A program made the translations under genes and the position numbers. Positions 18,309 to 27,378 of a stretch of 64,000 nt of DNA are shown here, piece by piece. This stretch comes from an uncultured Candidatus Saccharibacteria bacterium. GTDB lineage: Bacteria > Patescibacteriota > WWE3 > 9FT-COMBO-53-11. Position 1 is the first letter of the stretch. Every line of letters starts with the position of its first letter. A model generated the notes under the pieces. That model was not told where the DNA came from and searched no databases. It saw nothing but the letters and a program-made list of their open reading frames with translations. The DNA lies in contig CAZEID010000006.1 of NCBI GenBank assembly GCA_964512075.1, forward strand, positions 1,024 through 65,023. The letters are read 5' to 3'.

Positions 18309-20885
18309 TTACAATCTTGCCCGGAGCCGGATCTCCTCCTCCACCTCCGCGGCGGGGCGAGTGTATTTCATCCGAGACTCCTCTTTAATCTGGGCAGCCC
18401 GGCGGGGATCTCGCGCAATGGCTTGAATCTGGGACCAGTCCGTCCGCATCCTAAACGGGATCGAGGGAACCCCATTAATCAACAAGCGGACGTAGGCTTG
18501 CCCGATGGCCGCATTGAGCAAATCCATCCGAGAGAAATCGGGGGAAACCTCGCTCTCAAGAAACTCGGCATCTTCCGCCCCAACTCGGAAAAGAATCTTG
18601 GTTCCCACGTTCCCAAAAACTGCCCGCTTGATATCTTCAGTCAGCTGACCAATAAACTGATTCGCCACAATTAGATTCAGCCGGTATTTCCGGGCCTCGG
18701 ATAGGATTTGGACGAAGTCGGGCGTCGCAAAGTTTTGGAATTCATCCACGTAAAGGTAGAAGTCCGGCCGCTGCTCTTCGGGTATCTCTACCCGCCCCAT
18801 GGCTGCTGTCAAAATCCGCGGCACTAAAATCAGCCCCAAAAAGTTGGAATTTTCCTCCCCAATCCTCCCTTTGGAGAGGTTCACTAATAGAACCTTTCGC
18901 TGATCCATTACCTCCCGGAAGCTGAAGGAGGATTTCCCCTGGCCGATGATGTTGCGCATCAGCTTTTCCGTCACAAACCGGTCGAACTTGGAGACGAAGT
19001 AGCCCAAGGTTTCGCTTTTGTGAAAGTCGGAAGTTTGAGCAAGCTCGTCAGTCCAATATTTCTTCACAATCGGATCCGTAATTAACGGGACCTTGCTAGC
19101 GGCAAAAACCGGGTCGGTCAGCAGGCGGAAAACTTCCACCAAGGTATTTTCCTTCTCGCTCATCGCTGTGAGCATCACATTCCGCACCGCCCGCTCCAAG
19201 CGGGGGCCCAAAATTCCGGTTCGGTTTGGATCATAAAGCTTGTAAAGGAGAGAAATAAAGGAGTTAATTACGAGATGTTTTCCTTCTTCTGTCTCCGCTT
19301 CCAAGATGTTGAGAGCCGGCGGCCGTTCTAAATCACCGGGATCGAAGTAAATTACATCGGCCTGGCGTTCTTTCGGGATCATTTGGAGAAGATCCTCCAC
19401 CGCGTCGCCATGCGGATCTACGAAACAAAGCCCCTCACCGGCGACGATATCTTGATAAGCCATAAACTTGAGCAACTCGCTTTTACCGGTTCCGGTCTGA
19501 CCGATGATGTAAGTATGCCGCCGGCGATCGTTTCGCTGCAGATAGACCGGTACTTCTATCCCCCGCGAGGACGCTCGACCAAGGTAGAGACCCGCAGTCG
19601 GCAGATCTAAGGGAATCGCCCCGGTTTTGGCCCCCAACCACTTAATGTTCGGCGTTGCTACCCACTTGTTGGGCAGGTGGAAAAGCGTCGCCAGCTCCTC
19701 GCTCGAAAAGACCGTCCAGTGCATAAAGCGCGGAACATGCCGGTAGAGAAAATCCACCATAAAGGACTTTTTAAAGAGGGCTTTCTTAACAGCAAAACCC
19801 GCTAGCTGTGGCGCGGAGAATTGGCTCAAACTGGTCACAATGCTGGAGAGTTGGAGATCGGCCGAAGCTTTCGTCGGCGCGACGGTCACAATCCTGATCA
19901 GCGCATAAAATCCGGGTTTATTGACCTTCCGGGCAATCGCTTCCTCAGTTTCCTTTCCCAGAACAACCCGACTCTCTCCCTCCGGCTTTCTCTCCATTTC
20001 TTTCGCCTTTAAAATGAAGGCCTGGCCTTGGCGCTGCCAGCTGGCGTCAGCCGGAGAGACCACAATTTGGATCACCGCCGCCTCGCCTTGGGCCAGCTTG
20101 GTTAAAGCGGAGGTAATGGTGTTAAGGGAATCGGTCTCTTCGCCCAAATCTACGTACGTCCTAATTGGGTAATACTTTGGTCCAGTTGTTACAAGCTGAT
20201 TAAAAGAAACGTACCCTTCTTTTTGAAAAATGTCATACTCCTGAACTTCCTTAATCTCGGCACTGGGATAAGCCGCGTGCAGCTGTTTCTCCACTAAAGA
20301 ACAAACCTCGCGAGGAGAAACTACCACAAAATGGATATGCTCGTGGTCCGCTATAATTTCGAAACTTAAATTAATCTGGGGGACCCCCAAGGACAGCGGT
20401 CCTCCACCCCGGTGGAGCCCCGCAAGGGAAGTGAAAAATTGCTCGGCGGCACCCGCCCGAATCTCGCTGTCCCGCGGCACCAACACCTCCAAAAAGACTA
20501 AATCGGGTCCGCCTTTCCGAGAAGCAACGGGGCCCGCCAGTTTCTGCCACTGCCGCTTCCACCATTCCCCCAACCAGCGGAAGGCACTCGTAATCGGAAG
20601 CTTCTGAGATTCCTTTACCTCCTGAACAGTTAAGGGTGGGGCAACCAGCCCCGGCTCAATCGGGGAACCGGGAAGAGAAGGCGGAGTTGGCGAGACTGGG
20701 GACGGCGAAGCTGGAAGGGAGGGCGGAGGAACGGAAGAGGAAGGTAAGGCCGCGGGACTCTCAGGAGCGGTTTCGGCCTCCTTGCCTACCTCCGACGGGG
20801 AGGGCTTTTCGGGAGCAGGAAAACCGGGGATTTTTTCGGGAGTACCGGAGATTGGCTCTGTTTCCACACCTCTATCCTGCCACAA
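18309..20885 (-). CDS. Type IV secretion coupling / HerA-like (DUF87) P-loop ATPase with Pro-rich N-terminus
   Basis: DRRRHTYIIGQTGTGKS, DPHGD, YVDEFQNF, LSEARKYRL, IFGNVG-like motif. Confidence 0.88.
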   Translation of the reverse strand: MWQDRGVETEPISGTPEKIPGFPAPEKPSPSEVGKEAETAPESPAALPSSSVPPPSLPASPSPVSPTPPSLPGSPIEPGLVAPPLTVQEVKESQKLPITSAFRWLGEWWKRQWQKLAGPVASRKGGPDLVFLEVLVPRDSEIRAGAAEQFFTSLAGLHRGGGPLSLGVPQINLSFEIIADHEHIHFVVVSPREVCSLVEKQLHAAYPSAEIKEVQEYDIFQKEGYVSFNQLVTTGPKYYPIRTYVDLGEETDSLNTITSALTKLAQGEAAVIQIVVSPADASWQRQGQAFILKAKEMERKPEGESRVVLGKETEEAIARKVNKPGFYALIRIVTVAPTKASADLQLSSIVTSLSQFSAPQLAGFAVKKALFKKSFMVDFLYRHVPRFMHWTVFSSEELATLFHLPNKWVATPNIKWLGAKTGAIPLDLPTAGLYLGRASSRGIEVPVYLQRNDRRRHTYIIGQTGTGKSELLKFMAYQDIVAGEGLCFVDPHGDAVEDLLQMIPKERQADVIYFDPGDLERPPALNILEAETEEGKHLVINSFISLLYKLYDPNRTGILGPRLERAVRNVMLTAMSEKENTLVEVFRLLTDPVFAASKVPLITDPIVKKYWTDELAQTSDFHKSETLGYFVSKFDRFVTEKLMRNIIGQGKSSFSFREVMDQRKVLLVNLSKGRIGEENSNFLGLILVPRILTAAMGRVEIPEEQRPDFYLYVDEFQNFATPDFVQILSEARKYRLNLIVANQFIGQLTEDIKRAVFGNVGTKILFRVGAEDAEFLESEVSPDFSRMDLLNAAIGQAYVRLLINGVPSIPFRMRTDWSQIQAIARDPRRAAQIKEESRMKYTRPAAEVEEEIRLRARL

Positions 20886-20900
20886 AATTGACCCGGGAAG

Positions 20901-21710
20901 CTACTTGACTAAACCTCGAACCCAATCTAGGAACTTGCTAAGCCCGCTGCGGGCCGCGGCCTGCTCCTCTTCAATCACTTGCTGAAAGGATTCAAATGGC
21001 AGGGCACCTTGGACAACTTTGGCAGTAATGGTTCCGGAGGAGCGCGTTTGGCCAATAAAGAAGGTGGGCGTCCCAATCCCTTGAGAAAAAACACTTGAGT
21101 AATTCTGGGCGATTTCGGTAATGTAGGCCAAATCCGCAGCCACCTCGTCTCTGAATTCCTCGGTGGAGAGGCAGTGGTTAAACGCGGCCGCATCCAACCC
21201 GATCTTGGTGGCGGCGGCGGCGTAATCCGCCTCCTTCATCCCCTCCCCGTTGGAGGCGGTTCGGGCAAAGATTTCGTCGTGGTAAGAGAAATATCCCTCA
21301 TCTCCCTTTTGATCGCGGGCGCAATTGGCCGCCAAGGCCTCTTTGGTCGCGACTGGATCATGGAAAGACAAGGGAAGATCGCGGTAGACAAACCTAACCT
21401 TGCCGGTGTCGATGTACTGTTCCTTGATCTTGGGAAGAGTTTCCGCAAAGAAGCTCTTGCAGAACGGGCACTCGTAGTCAGAAAACTCAATTATCGTAAC
21501 TGGGGCATTAGGATCACCGAGACCGGGGTCGTCGTCCACCGAAATTTCCACCTCTCCCGCCACCGCGCCCGTGGGGAAACTGTCGGAAATTCTCCCCAAG
21601 CCACCGGTGGTAAGAATCGCGGCGGCCACTATCATCCCACTCAACAAGATCGCGGAAGGCAAAAAAAGGGGCCGGTAACGGGTGATCCAGTCGGAAGGCG
21701 CTTTAGCCAT
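20901..21710 (-). CDS. DsbA-family thiol-disulfide oxidoreductase
   Basis: GDPNAPVTIIEFSDYECPFC, GTPTFFI. Confidence 0.92.
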   Translation of the reverse strand: MAKAPSDWITRYRPLFLPSAILLSGMIVAAAILTTGGLGRISDSFPTGAVAGEVEISVDDDPGLGDPNAPVTIIEFSDYECPFCKSFFAETLPKIKEQYIDTGKVRFVYRDLPLSFHDPVATKEALAANCARDQKGDEGYFSYHDEIFARTASNGEGMKEADYAAAATKIGLDAAAFNHCLSTEEFRDEVAADLAYITEIAQNYSSVFSQGIGTPTFFIGQTRSSGTITAKVVQGALPFESFQQVIEEEQAAARSGLSKFLDWVRGLVK

Positions 21711-21732
21711 TGCGACAGTATAACAAAACTGG

Positions 21733-22710
21733 TCAGGCGGAAGGTGCTAACTCCTTGTTAACCAGATTCACCGGAGGTTTTCCTGCCAATACATCTAACA
21801 CCGCTTGGGCCGCCAGTACCGCCATTGCGCCCCGGGCCTCGATCGTCGCCGAAGCAGTGTGGGGCGTCAGCACGACATTGGGAAGCTCCGCTAATCCCGG
21901 CGCCAGGTTGGGCTCATTCTCGTAAACGTCCAGCGCGGCTCCTTTAATCGTGCCCGCCTTGAGGGCTCCCACCAACGCGGCTTCATCCACAATTGGCCCC
22001 CGCGAAGTATTGACAAGATAAGCCGTCGGTTTCATTAGTTTTAGCCGGTCAGCATTGATTAAGTGGCGGGTCTCTGGAAGGAGCGGAACATGGATTGAAA
22101 CGAAGTCCGCCTCCTTCAGCAGAGCGTCTAAGCCCCGAAACTCTGCCCCAAACTCCTGCTCAAACTCGGTGGAGGGTTGAATATCATAGTAGAGTACCTG
22201 CATCCCCATCCCTTTGGAAGCGATCTCGGCCACCCGGGAGCCGATTCGGCCCAGCCCGACTACTCCCAAAACCTTTCCCTGGAGCTCGGTTCCCAGCAGC
22301 AGCTCCGGCTCCCAGCCCCGATACTTCCCTTGGCGGGTGAACTGATCGGATTCCGGAATCCGGCGGGCAATTGCCAAAAGCAGGGCGAAGGTGTGCTCCG
22401 CCACCGCTTCGGTCAGTACCCCCGGAGTGTTAGAAACGTAGATCTTGCGCTGAGTCGCGGCCGGAACGTCAATGTTGTCGTAGCCGACGGCGTAGTTGGA
22501 GATCAGCTTGAGTTGGGGACCGGCGGCGTCCATCACTTCCCCATCGATCTTGTCGGTCAGGAGGGAGAGGATCGCTTCCGCTCCCTTAACCCGTTCCAGC
22601 AGCACCTCGCGAGGAATCACCCGATCCTCTTCCCAAACCGAAAAATCGGTCCCTTTTAGGAGATCCAAACCAGCCCGGGGAATTTTGCGAGTGACGAAAA
22701 CCTTGGGCAT
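21733..22710 (-). CDS. D-glycerate dehydrogenase / glyoxylate reductase (2-hydroxyacid dehydrogenase)
   Basis: MPKVFVTRKIP start, GLGRIG, NTSRGPIVDE, LTPHTAS. Confidence 0.92.
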   Translation of the reverse strand: MPKVFVTRKIPRAGLDLLKGTDFSVWEEDRVIPREVLLERVKGAEAILSLLTDKIDGEVMDAAGPQLKLISNYAVGYDNIDVPAATQRKIYVSNTPGVLTEAVAEHTFALLLAIARRIPESDQFTRQGKYRGWEPELLLGTELQGKVLGVVGLGRIGSRVAEIASKGMGMQVLYYDIQPSTEFEQEFGAEFRGLDALLKEADFVSIHVPLLPETRHLINADRLKLMKPTAYLVNTSRGPIVDEAALVGALKAGTIKGAALDVYENEPNLAPGLAELPNVVLTPHTASATIEARGAMAVLAAQAVLDVLAGKPPVNLVNKELAPSA

Positions 22711-22795
22711 CAGAACTAGAATAACAGAATTACCAGAGCCAGAATAACAGAATTTGGTAGCCAATCTCTATCGATACCCACATCAAGCCGCATTT

Positions 22796-22825
22796 TACTG
22801 TTTTACAGAAAACTGTAAAACGGTA
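22796..22825. repeat. Palindrome TACTGTTTTACAG-AAAA-CTGTAAAACGGTA downstream of the TrpR-like gene
   Basis: Seen directly; related copies at 23335-23356 and 40804-40835. Confidence 0.85.
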
Positions 22826-22887
22826 GAAACTAACCGAATAATCGATTACAACCTAATAAATCGGGTTAAAATTGGGTTAAAACCAAG

Positions 22888-23298
22888 TCAACGGGAAACG
22901 TCTTTGCGGGTAAAACCGGTGTAGACTTTCTTTTTAAAAACTTTCATTGAGGAGCCGACTTGACGGTAAGTTTTTGATTTTGCCTCACTCTCAACCTTCT
23001 CCTCCCGTTTGTCAATCAACTCAAAACAACGGGGGTGCTGGTCCATACTCTTCTGGACAGAGGAAATTGTACTGTAGCCGACTTTAAGCTCCCGAGCTAG
23101 GTCACTTACTAACTTCCCTTGGGAAAGAAGTTGGGCGATCTTGATCCGGCGGCCAAGCCGCAAACGCTCGTCGGAAGTCAAAATCCCGTTCATAATTTCT
23201 TCCACGTCATAACCGTCCTTAGCCGCCAGAAGCGCCGCTCGAAGTTTATTGAGCGCGTCAAAGATTTCCTCCCTGGAGAGAAACTGATATCGCCGCAT
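22888..23298 (-). CDS. TrpR-related (YerC/YecD-like) HTH protein
   Basis: ILTSDERLRLGRRIKIAQLL..G..LARELKVGYSTISSV fits the TrpR-like HTH. Confidence 0.8.
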   Translation of the reverse strand: MRRYQFLSREEIFDALNKLRAALLAAKDGYDVEEIMNGILTSDERLRLGRRIKIAQLLSQGKLVSDLARELKVGYSTISSVQKSMDQHPRCFELIDKREEKVESEAKSKTYRQVGSSMKVFKKKVYTGFTRKDVSR

Positions 23299-23334
23299 TT
23301 GCGCTAATTTTACACCCCCATTTCCAAATTTCCA

Positions 23335-23356
23335 GTTTTACAGAAATCTGTAAAAC
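23335..23356. promoter_or_regulatory. Palindrome GTTTTACAGA-AA-TCTGTAAAAC upstream of the TrpR-like gene (candidate operator)
   Basis: Palindrome seen directly, near the expected -35 region of the gene's promoter. Confidence 0.75.
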
Positions 23357-23629
23357 AGTAGAGAATTGCTAAGGAGAAGGGTTTAGAAACCGAAGTAGGT
23401 TAGAATCAAAATCCACCCGAGGGAATTTTGCGGGTCACGAAAACTCTCGCCATCAAGAGCAGAACATCGGATACGGGGTATCAGAGGCAAGCAGATTTCT
23501 AATTGACGAGAATCTTCCTTGACTTTACCAAACCTAAACCTATACTTAGGGTAAGGGCTAATTCAGGAAACAGAAAGGAGAAGAGGATCGCCGCCAAGCC
23601 CAAATCCTCCTGTTCATACGGAGGGAGAG

Positions 23630-23821
23630 ATGCCTCCCAAAGAGTACTGGTACGATTCGCATGGGAACTACCACGAAGATTGGAAGCGGGCGGTCGAGGC
23701 CGAAAGAGCCAACGAAGAGGCGGCCGGCCGGTCAGACTGCCGCGCGGGCTTCGACGAACGCAGTGGCTCCAGTGAGAATGATTCTGACAAGAATGACTCC
23801 AGTAAGAGTAGTGGGAAATGA
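23630..23821 (+). CDS. Small hypothetical protein (ORFan)
   Basis: TTGACT/TATACT promoter, GGAGGG SD, terminator hairpin GGGTAAACC..GGTTTACCC-TCTTTT. Confidence 0.6.
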   Translation: MPPKEYWYDSHGNYHEDWKRAVEAERANEEAAGRSDCRAGFDERSGSSENDSDKNDSSKSSGK

Positions 23822-23876
23822 CTCCAGCGTGGGTAAACCGAGTTTTGGTTTACCCTCTTTTATTGTAGTCTGAACA

Positions 23877-24896
23877 GTGGCAATAAAAATGGTCCCCACA
23901 ACTAAAGACCCAGAACTGGAGAGGCTAGGCAGGGCTTATGAAGCTTACTTCGACGTGGCTGATCCAAGGAAGATCGGAGAGATTCGCAGAGATATTTTCT
24001 TCTTCCGCAAACCGTTTTTGGAAAGGGAAAAAGCCTACCTCCAGCATAAAAAAACAATCGGGGAGCTAAAGCCGCTCTACAAAGACCTGGTCAAGGCAAG
24101 AAATAAATACGCCCAATCGAAAGGCCCCTATCGAAACTTCCTCCATTTTGCCCTCAATGATGATGGTGTACCAGAAAAAAGTTTTGAAAAATTCCTTGAA
24201 CAAATCGATTCACTGATAAATAGGATCAACAAAAACCTCCCCAAACCAAAAAACAGCGGACAGTTCTATTCTCCCCTCAACATGCCAGACTTTATCGACG
24301 AGATTAGTAGCAAAAAATACTCGCTACCAGAATATGTCATAAGAAGATTGGGCGAATACTCTCCCGAAATTGGGCAAATGCTCCCAAGGATAAGATTTGA
24401 GGATGCGGATAAAAATCACGGTTTTAACGAGGCTCTTTTCCGGCCCGTTACGGGAACTGTCGTAGTTCGAACTTGGCCAAGCTCCGATCTTCAACACGCA
24501 ATCTCCCTAGCTCACGAAGTAGGACACGCTGTAGCATACCTCCGATTAATAAAGGAAGGGATAGATCCCAAAGACAAACCAAAGTACTGGCACGAAAAGC
24601 AGGCTATCAGAATGGAGTTAACTTTTATTGGAACACTCCCCCAGGATCTGCGAAACGCTGCTATCGGAAACATCCTTTGGCAGTTTACTATTGCTTTGTT
24701 TGAAGTGGAAACATACGCCAAGCCCAATCTAAATTTCGATCGAGTGTTTGCCCAGTCTTTTAACCGCTGTTATAAAGAAGCTCAACAAAAAGAAAATCCA
24801 TTTTATGTAGTAATGGAACCGCTTCTCCGCCGCCCCTGCTCCGCCGTTACGCAAGGAATAGTTCACACCGGGGAACTTTCTCAAGTACTCAATTAA
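23877..24896 (+). CDS. Putative zinc metallopeptidase (HExxH), M3-like; AT-richer than neighbours
   Basis: LAHEVGHAV followed by a downstream E; visibly A-rich sequence. Confidence 0.6.
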   Translation: MAIKMVPTTKDPELERLGRAYEAYFDVADPRKIGEIRRDIFFFRKPFLEREKAYLQHKKTIGELKPLYKDLVKARNKYAQSKGPYRNFLHFALNDDGVPEKSFEKFLEQIDSLINRINKNLPKPKNSGQFYSPLNMPDFIDEISSKKYSLPEYVIRRLGEYSPEIGQMLPRIRFEDADKNHGFNEALFRPVTGTVVVRTWPSSDLQHAISLAHEVGHAVAYLRLIKEGIDPKDKPKYWHEKQAIRMELTFIGTLPQDLRNAAIGNILWQFTIALFEVETYAKPNLNFDRVFAQSFNRCYKEAQQKENPFYVVMEPLLRRPCSAVTQGIVHTGELSQVLN

Positions 24897-24940
24897 TCCA
24901 AAAATTTAGCAGACCTTGGGAATCTTGCGGGCCAACTCAA

Positions 24941-26281
24941 TTATTCCTCAGCTTCCGGCGTGGAGCGGATCTTGAACCCGACAAACCCTTGCCCGAAATC
25001 CTCGATCATTAAGGTCTCGAGAATCTTCTCCCCCTCTTCGGGAGAAAACCACTCGACAAAGAACCGGTTCCAGAGCGCTTCCCGAACGTGATAGGTGTAT
25101 TGTCCCCCTTCGCTGAAAGATCCGGAAGGGCTGGCCGCGAGGGAGAAGACATTGTCCTCGAAGTTGAAAGAGACCAATTCCCCAGAGAAAAAGCCACAAA
25201 GGTGGGTTTTGCCCCTCCAGAAGGACAGTCCCCCCTTCGCTAAAGCTCCGGAGGGCAGGCCCGGAGTGTTGTCGGCGAGGGCGGCAAGATTGGCGGAAGC
25301 CCGGGCCCAATGCAGCGCTTCCGGAGAAATGTGGGGGATCTGGAGGCGCGGGTCATTCGGATTCTCCTTCGCCAAATAGCGCTGCATAATTACCCAGGAA
25401 ACAATATTCTCCAGCTCCGGCGCCGATTCCCGCACGTCTCCCCGCAGGGCGGAAACAAACTTGCCGGAAAAGGTGCCCGGATCTTCCGCGATCATCCGAA
25501 AATATTTCGCGTAAAACATCACTTCGTTGAGGTAGTGGAACATCATCGAAAACATCCGGGTGAGCGCCCCTTCGGTGTATTCCACCGGAATGATGATCAC
25601 AACCCCCAGCTCCTTGAGGTGGGTAGCATTGTGGAACTTTTTCTTGGTAAAATTCCGGGCTTCCGGTCCCCACTTCTTGGGATCGAGCACCCGCATCACA
25701 ATCGGCCGCTCCTCGAAGTCGTCGGGGGTGAGCTGGGAGAACGGGGCGAAGAAGACTTCATTTTGCCACTTCCGGTCCTCTAAAAACCGGAGGGCCGAAA
25801 AAACCTCGAAAAGGTCCTCCTTCGCCAACAGCTCTTCGGCACTACTGTATTTAAGTTGGGCGAGGATGTTTTTCGGCGGGTTCTGGCGGAAAAGTTCCTT
25901 CGCTTTCTCTTCCTTCAGGAAAAAACCCTTCGCGGGCTGGAACCCCGTTTTTAGCGGGGTTGCGCCGGAGGCAGCAACAATCTCCGCCGCCCGAGCAAAG
26001 AGCTTCTTGATGTAGTTGTGGTCCAACATTGCCGGCTCGCCCAACGCCTTCTTCGCCTCCTCCTCCAAGAGAGCCACCCGCTCCGCCAAGGCCGCCAAGA
26101 TCTCCTTTCGAGGAGAACTTCCCGAAAGCCCCAGCTCGTCGAGGACCCGCGATCTCTCTTCCCTTATTTTCTCTACCAACTGCTCGGGAACCTCTCTCTT
26201 TCCCGTAAACTCCGCCATTTCGTCGGTTAATTCTTCAAGTTTCTTTTTAGTTGTACCAAGGAGTTGCGCCAGTTCTTCCAT
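24941..26281 (-). CDS. Hypothetical protein (446 aa)
   Basis: Long ORF with host-like codon usage. Confidence 0.8.
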   Translation of the reverse strand: MEELAQLLGTTKKKLEELTDEMAEFTGKREVPEQLVEKIREERSRVLDELGLSGSSPRKEILAALAERVALLEEEAKKALGEPAMLDHNYIKKLFARAAEIVAASGATPLKTGFQPAKGFFLKEEKAKELFRQNPPKNILAQLKYSSAEELLAKEDLFEVFSALRFLEDRKWQNEVFFAPFSQLTPDDFEERPIVMRVLDPKKWGPEARNFTKKKFHNATHLKELGVVIIIPVEYTEGALTRMFSMMFHYLNEVMFYAKYFRMIAEDPGTFSGKFVSALRGDVRESAPELENIVSWVIMQRYLAKENPNDPRLQIPHISPEALHWARASANLAALADNTPGLPSGALAKGGLSFWRGKTHLCGFFSGELVSFNFEDNVFSLAASPSGSFSEGGQYTYHVREALWNRFFVEWFSPEEGEKILETLMIEDFGQGFVGFKIRSTPEAEE

Positions 26282-26366
26282 AGACTATCGTAAAATAAAA
26301 GCACCAACGGGACGGAAACTTAATTGGACTGACTTAACGGGCTTCACTGATTTAACCGCCTTTCCT

Positions 26367-27347
26367 TTACTTCAAGCGCTTGACTAACTCCTCTAATTTT
26401 CTGCGCTTAAGCAACCCGGCCTGCGCCCCAACCTTCTGAGTAACCGACTCGGCGTTGAGGGTCCCCCATTTCAAGGCTTCTCTCAAAGATTTGCCCAGGA
26501 CCAGCGCGCTAGTCAAACCACAGGAGAAGGCATCTCCTGCTCCCGTCCGTTCCTTCGCCTTGACCTTCGTCGCGGCCTGAAAGATAAACTCGTAGCCGTC
26601 AAAAGCATACGCCCCTTGCGGTCCATCCGTCACCACCACGATCCGCGGACCCAAATCGCGCAGGCGGAGGAGCATCTCTCGCTCGCTCTTAAAAGCGTGA
26701 TCCAGCCCCAACAACCTTCCCGCTTCCTCTCGGTTAAGAATCAACACCTCAGTAATCTTAAGGAGCTGCCCGTAAGCTGCTAGCCCCTCTTTGATCTGGT
26801 AAGAACCGGGGTTGAACGCCAGCTTCACCCGGTTCTCGTGGACGTAGTGGACGAAGGGGGCGTGGAAATAATCGTGGCCGGGAGCCAAAGAAGAAAAGTA
26901 GACCCAGGGAGCGTAGACTTCCGGAATTAGATAGTGGCGGGGCTGGTGAGCGGAAAGGATCGTCCGCTCGCCTCTTGAAGAAATAATCACATTAACATTG
27001 GTGGGCTGATCCCGATCTACCTCCACCAACTCGGTGCTGACTTTCTCCTTTTTAAAATTCTCCAGAACCTCTTTCCCAAAAAGATCATCTCCAACGTGAG
27101 TGTAGATACCGGTCTTGAGCCCCAACCGAGAAGCACCAACGGCGACATTGGCGGCATTGCCGCCGAAAGTTAGTTCCAACCCTTTACTGGAAACTTTGTC
27201 GGCCGCGGAAAGGCATAGCTCGCACTTCTCGTCGCCGTGCAATTGGCAGTGAATATCGGCTTTTTCGGGAAAAGTAAAAATATCGACCGTGCAGTCGCCG
27301 ATCGTCAAAAGATCAAACTTTGCCGTCACGCCTTCTGGGGAAGACAT
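26367..27347 (-). CDS. PfkB-family carbohydrate kinase
   Basis: GGNAANVAVGASRLG, ERTGAGDAF. Confidence 0.92.
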   Translation of the reverse strand: MSSPEGVTAKFDLLTIGDCTVDIFTFPEKADIHCQLHGDEKCELCLSAADKVSSKGLELTFGGNAANVAVGASRLGLKTGIYTHVGDDLFGKEVLENFKKEKVSTELVEVDRDQPTNVNVIISSRGERTILSAHQPRHYLIPEVYAPWVYFSSLAPGHDYFHAPFVHYVHENRVKLAFNPGSYQIKEGLAAYGQLLKITEVLILNREEAGRLLGLDHAFKSEREMLLRLRDLGPRIVVVTDGPQGAYAFDGYEFIFQAATKVKAKERTGAGDAFSCGLTSALVLGKSLREALKWGTLNAESVTQKVGAQAGLLKRRKLEELVKRLK

Positions 27348-27378
27348 TGATTTAAAGATACCAGAAGCCCGTTATCAG

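Noticed and set aside
18309-20885. Conjugative element implied by the T4SS-coupling-type ATPase
   Set aside because: No relaxase or VirB genes nearby; such ATPases are common chromosomal genes in CPR
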